DNA from: an uncultured bacterium
Lineage (GTDB): Bacteria; Desulfobacterota_D; UBA1144; Nemesobacterales; UBA2774
Direction of reading: 5' to 3'
Assembly (NCBI GenBank): GCA_963825135.1
Contig: CAWGRW010000009.1
Span: 1,920,001 to 1,984,000 of the forward strand
Length of the DNA: 64,000 nt
The stretch's first letter is position 1; every line of letters begins with the position of its first letter. Below, piece by piece: positions 60,116 to 64,000 of the stretch. The position numbers and the translations under genes are program-made. The notes under the pieces were generated by a model. That model saw nothing but the letters and a program-made list of their open reading frames with translations, was not told the DNA's origin and made no database searches.

Positions 60116-61171
60116 GTGAACGCGCGGATGCCGGGCATCAAGGGCAGGGGCGCCGCGGAGAACCCCGCAAACCGGTTCGAGAAGATAGAGTACGAGCCTT
60201 CCCCGGAGGAGATAGCGGAGGGCATATCGCCAAAGACCGTTTTTTATAAGGACACGACGAGGTCCATAATCACTTATAACGACAGCCCCGATGTCGGCTT
60301 CAACTCCGGCATTAACCCTTACCGCGGATGCGAGCACGGATGCGTCTACTGTTACGCGAGGCCTACTCACGAATTTCTCGGCCTGTCGCTGGGTCTCGAT
60401 TTCGAGTCCAGGATATTCGTCAAGGAGGACGCCCCCGCTCTTTTGAGAAAAGAGCTCTCCTCTCCTAAATACGTCCCCGACACCATAGCGCTGAGCGGAA
60501 ATACCGATTGCTACCAGCCGGCGGAGCGCCGCTTCCGTCTCACGCGCGCGTGTCTCGAGGTCCTTTGCGAGTTCAGGAATCCCGCCGGTATCGTTACGAA
60601 GAACCACCTCGTCACCCGCGATATAGACTTGCTTGAACGTTTTACCGAATGGGACGGCATCGTGGTCGCGGTTTCTATAACCACTCTCGACCCCGGGCTA
60701 AGGAGAATAATGGAGCCCCGCACATCCGAGCCGCATATGAGGCTCCGGGCAATAGAGGAGCTCTCCCGAAGCGGCGTCCCGGTAATTGTTATGGCGGCCC
60801 CGGTCATCCCGGGGCTCACTGACCACGAGATTCCGAATATTATAAAGAGCGCTTCCGACGCGGGCGCCGTAAACGCCGGGTTTATTATGCTGAGGCTCCC
60901 CTACGGCGTGTCGGACCTGTTCACGGCCTGGCTGGAGAGGCACTTCCCCGATAGAAAAGAAAAGGTTCTCAACATGATAAAGTCCGTCCGGGGCGGCAAG
61001 CTCAATAGCTCCGAGTTCCACGACAGGATGAGGGGGAAGGGCATATACGCCGAGCAGGCGCGGGACCTGTTCGAGCTTGCCTGCAGGAAGGCAGGCTTCC
61101 GCGGCGCTAAATTCGATCTCTCCGCCAAACACTTCAGAAGGCCGGGCGGGAAGCAGCTTGATCTCTTCTGA
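60116..61171 (+). CDS. Radical SAM protein (PA0069/SPL-like family)
   Basis: KGRGA..NP.NRF, INPYRGCEHGCVYCYARP, NTDCYQP, C-terminal QLDLF. Confidence 0.92.
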   Translation: MNARMPGIKGRGAAENPANRFEKIEYEPSPEEIAEGISPKTVFYKDTTRSIITYNDSPDVGFNSGINPYRGCEHGCVYCYARPTHEFLGLSLGLDFESRIFVKEDAPALLRKELSSPKYVPDTIALSGNTDCYQPAERRFRLTRACLEVLCEFRNPAGIVTKNHLVTRDIDLLERFTEWDGIVVAVSITTLDPGLRRIMEPRTSEPHMRLRAIEELSRSGVPVIVMAAPVIPGLTDHEIPNIIKSASDAGAVNAGFIMLRLPYGVSDLFTAWLERHFPDRKEKVLNMIKSVRGGKLNSSEFHDRMRGKGIYAEQARDLFELACRKAGFRGAKFDLSAKHFRRPGGKQLDLF

Positions 61172-61227
61172 GCCGGATAGCTTGTCTTAGACCCGGTCTC
61201 ACACTCTACGGTCCGAATAAGTTTCTT

Positions 61228-62664
61228 TCACTGCCCGAACGGCACTGCCGTAAGCACCTCTACCCTGATCTCCTCCGGTATGGCGTTTAAATAACCCGCG
61301 TCTATATTCTTGAACGTCTTTGTGGCCTTGGCCGGCAGGACGTCGTATATCGTTGCCTTGTTGGAAAACATCGGGGTCTCTGACTTAAAAGAATAGAACT
61401 CTATCCTGAGCTCGATTTTCGAATACGTGATTTCGCTCAGGTTCTGGAGCGTTATTTCCGAAATTTTTCCGATTGTCCCCGTAACGCCCCCTCCCCATTT
61501 TATGTCCGCCACGACTATGTCCTCTTCCGGTAGCGGGACTTCTTCTTCGTACTCGTACTCTTCCTCGCCTCCCTCTTCGCCTGCGGCTGTTTCGCCTTCT
61601 CCCGTATCGGCAGCGGCTCCCTCAGCCGTGCCTTCCCCTGTCACGGCTTCCTTCGCGGGTTCAGTCCCCTGGGTGGGCTCGGTGGTTCCCTCCGTCGTCG
61701 CGGGAATTTCCCCTCTCTCCTGTGCGAGCTTCTGTTTATATCTCTCGGACAGGGAAAGGTTTTGCTGGCTCTCCGGTATAACGCCGCCTCCCTCACCGGG
61801 GGCCGCCGTACCGTTTGCAGGGGCCGCAGTTTTCTTCTTTTTCTTCTTTACGGCTCTCTTCCCTTCCTTCTTCGCCGTCTTGACCTTAAGCTCCTTTTCC
61901 GAGATCGGCTTGGCGCTCATGACGCTTATGTCCACTTTCCTCGCGTCCGGGTGTCTGAACCCGACGTTGATATTGTTGTACGTGCGCTCACTCTTTGCAG
62001 GGAGTAAATCGTGGATTACCGCTCTGCTGGTAAACCCCCGTACTCCGACCTTGGCCCCGGGGATGCCCAGAAAATCGACCCTTATCTTAACGTCCTTCCA
62101 GTTTTCACTGCTCTTGTTTACGAGAGTAATGCTTTTTAGAATTCCTTCCGTCCCGTATTGCCCGCCGCTCCACTCCCATCCCTTGACGAGGATCAGGTCC
62201 TTTGCCTGAAACGGAGTGCCTTTCTCGATAAGGTCGGCGTTAGCCACCCGCGCCGTCGTATTTTGAAGCTCTGCGCTCATGATCCCGAAGTTGAGGTTAT
62301 AGAACGTCTTTTCGCTGCCGTGGGGGACCGTATCGTGGATGGTCGCCCTTAGAGAGCCCAGAGGTATATCAGTGCTCGTATATAGCTCCGCTTCGATGGA
62401 TATATTTTCATAGTCGTATTTCCCGATATTCTGGATCGTGATTTCCTTCATAATGGCTGGTCTGCCCATTCCGCCCGAAGCCCATTTATAATCCTTTACA
62501 ACCAGAACCCTCTTGGGCGATTCCAGGCCCTTGTCCGCCGCATTTGAGACGGGTGCGGAAATATTCGATACTACGAGCGAGAGAAGCACGTAAACCATTA
62601 TCCATGAGCGCACGTTCTGTATGAGGGCATTGACTGTATTACGTCGTGGCAAAAAGTGCATCAT
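61228..62664 (-). CDS. Secreted hypothetical protein with three repeated beta-rich domains
   Basis: N-terminal hydrophobic segment, three ~95-aa homologous units, Lys-rich and Glu-rich linker. Confidence 0.82.
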   Translation of the reverse strand: MMHFLPRRNTVNALIQNVRSWIMVYVLLSLVVSNISAPVSNAADKGLESPKRVLVVKDYKWASGGMGRPAIMKEITIQNIGKYDYENISIEAELYTSTDIPLGSLRATIHDTVPHGSEKTFYNLNFGIMSAELQNTTARVANADLIEKGTPFQAKDLILVKGWEWSGGQYGTEGILKSITLVNKSSENWKDVKIRVDFLGIPGAKVGVRGFTSRAVIHDLLPAKSERTYNNINVGFRHPDARKVDISVMSAKPISEKELKVKTAKKEGKRAVKKKKKKTAAPANGTAAPGEGGGVIPESQQNLSLSERYKQKLAQERGEIPATTEGTTEPTQGTEPAKEAVTGEGTAEGAAADTGEGETAAGEEGGEEEYEYEEEVPLPEEDIVVADIKWGGGVTGTIGKISEITLQNLSEITYSKIELRIEFYSFKSETPMFSNKATIYDVLPAKATKTFKNIDAGYLNAIPEEIRVEVLTAVPFGQ

Positions 62665-62873
62665 ATCTCCTTAATTTAGCTCCGGGATTTGGTTAAGATT
62701 ATACATAATCGGAGTCGAAATTGTAGCTTTCAAATATAATGGGTTTTTCCGCTTGTATACAGGTTTTCATATGTTTTTCTTATTCTCGTGAGTCGGGACG
62801 GCGGAAGACTTATGGCTATATTTTTGACCCATTACAATATTAACCCTTTTTGAGTAGATTATATATAGCGCTA

Positions 62874-63032
62874 ATGCTTAAGGAATATCTAAGGATATTA
62901 CAAAAACACTCGGACGATGTATACGGAGTCGGTGCGAAGACGACCCTCTCCTTCTATACGCTGTTGTCGATCGCCTGTGTGGCGCTCCCGACATTATTCT
63001 TCCTGATACTCATCATATCGAAGCTCTTTTAA
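62874..63032 (+). CDS. Small protein with a C-terminal TM helix (52 aa)
   Basis: MLKEYLRILQKHSDDVYGVGAKTTLSFYTLLSIACVALPTLFFLILIISKLF*; no clear RBS. Confidence 0.45.
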   Translation: MLKEYLRILQKHSDDVYGVGAKTTLSFYTLLSIACVALPTLFFLILIISKLF

Positions 63033-63143
63033 CTGGTTGCAAAGGCGGTCCCGGAATTCGTTAACCCCGATACGGAGCGCGATGCCGGCGGCTCCGGCCC
63101 TTTTGACTCGTAATCTTCTCTTATGTAAACTGGCAGCTACCAG

Positions 63144-64000
63144 ATGGGTAAGATAAGGATTCTATCCGATAATCTTGTCTCCAAGATAGCGGCCGGGGAG
63201 ATAGTGGAAAGGCCCGCTTCCGTTGTAAAAGAATTAGTCGAAAACTCCATAGACGCCGGAAGCACGAGGCTCACGATCGAGCTCGAGTCGGGAGGAAAGC
63301 GGCTCATCAGGGTATCCGATGACGGCGAAGGGATGACGAGAGACGATTCGATTCTATCGCTCGAGCGTTACGCGACCAGCAAAATCAGGGAGATAAAGGA
63401 CCTCTTCTCCGTAAGCACGCTCGGTTTCAGGGGGGAAGCGATTCCGAGTATAGCGAGCGTCTCCAGATTCAAAATGACTACGAGGACTCACGCGGAGGTC
63501 ATCGGCACGGTAATCGTTGTCGAGGGCGGGGTGATAAGGAGCGTCGAGGAGACAGGGGCCCCTCCGGGCACGACCGTCGAAGTCAGGAACCTTTTTTACA
63601 ACACGCCGCCCCGCCTCAAATTCATGAAAAAAACGGAGACCGAGCTTTCAAACGTCCTCGATATCGTCGAGAGAGAATCCGTTTCCAGACCCGGAATCGG
63701 GTTTGAGCTCATTAGCGAGGGCAGGACCCTCCTCCGGCTCCCCGCGAGGGAAACGGTCCCGGAAAGGATATCGGAGATATATCCCGGGATCGATCTCTAT
63801 CCCGTGGAAGCCAAAGGCCAGGGTATTCGCATATCGGGCTTCATGGGGAGCCCCCTCGATACCAGGTCCACAACTCAGAAGCTTTTTACATATGTGAACG
63901 GGAGGAGCGTAAGGGACAGGCTGCTTACCCGCATCCTTATGGATTCCTACGGCAGGATGCTCGAAAAAGGCAAGTTTCCGCAGGGCGTGCTGTTAATCGA
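63144..64000 (+). CDS. mutL: DNA mismatch repair protein MutL (5' part; runs off the window edge)
   Basis: Manual translation: MGKIRIL...KIAAGEIVERPASVVKELVENSIDAG...ATSKI...TLGFRGEAIPSIASVS. Confidence 0.97.
   Translation, partial: MGKIRILSDNLVSKIAAGEIVERPASVVKELVENSIDAGSTRLTIELESGGKRLIRVSDDGEGMTRDDSILSLERYATSKIREIKDLFSVSTLGFRGEAIPSIASVSRFKMTTRTHAEVIGTVIVVEGGVIRSVEETGAPPGTTVEVRNLFYNTPPRLKFMKKTETELSNVLDIVERESVSRPGIGFELISEGRTLLRLPARETVPERISEIYPGIDLYPVEAKGQGIRISGFMGSPLDTRSTTQKLFTYVNGRSVRDRLLTRILMDSYGRMLEKGKFPQGVLLI

Overview
Bacterial chromosomal window of about 65 densely packed genes from a diderm organism. Gene content looks Deltaproteobacteria-like, possibly Ca. Dadabacteria; that placement is inference only. 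Core genes are lgt (partial), tolB, thpR, mscL, aat, a Lon-family protease, the rpoN-hpf-ptsN-hprK-rapZ-EIIA(Man) operon, leuCD, eno, a MacAB-TolC-type exporter, hemW, dprA, topA, ispG and mutL (partial). An accessory detoxification/hydrolase block lies at about 3.5-17 kb. I saw no rRNA, tRNA, CRISPR array, integrase or transposase. Most notable: (i) a ~5 kb module between dprA and topA with two kinase-less atypical LuxR/NarL regulators (one behind a near-consensus sigma-54 promoter, one with a VpsT-like WxxR motif), ugd, and a secreted protein/OmpA pair; (ii) four intergenic mosaics of several REP-like palindrome families, some with a shared leader; (iii) a candidate ~165-nt structured RNA upstream of the Lon gene; (iv) a sigma-54-type site over the predicted rpoN transcription start; (v) an apparent frameshift in the OprB signal peptide; (vi) an SDR gene remnant and two small membrane-protein ORFs. 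All calls come from reading the sequence; no searches were run.
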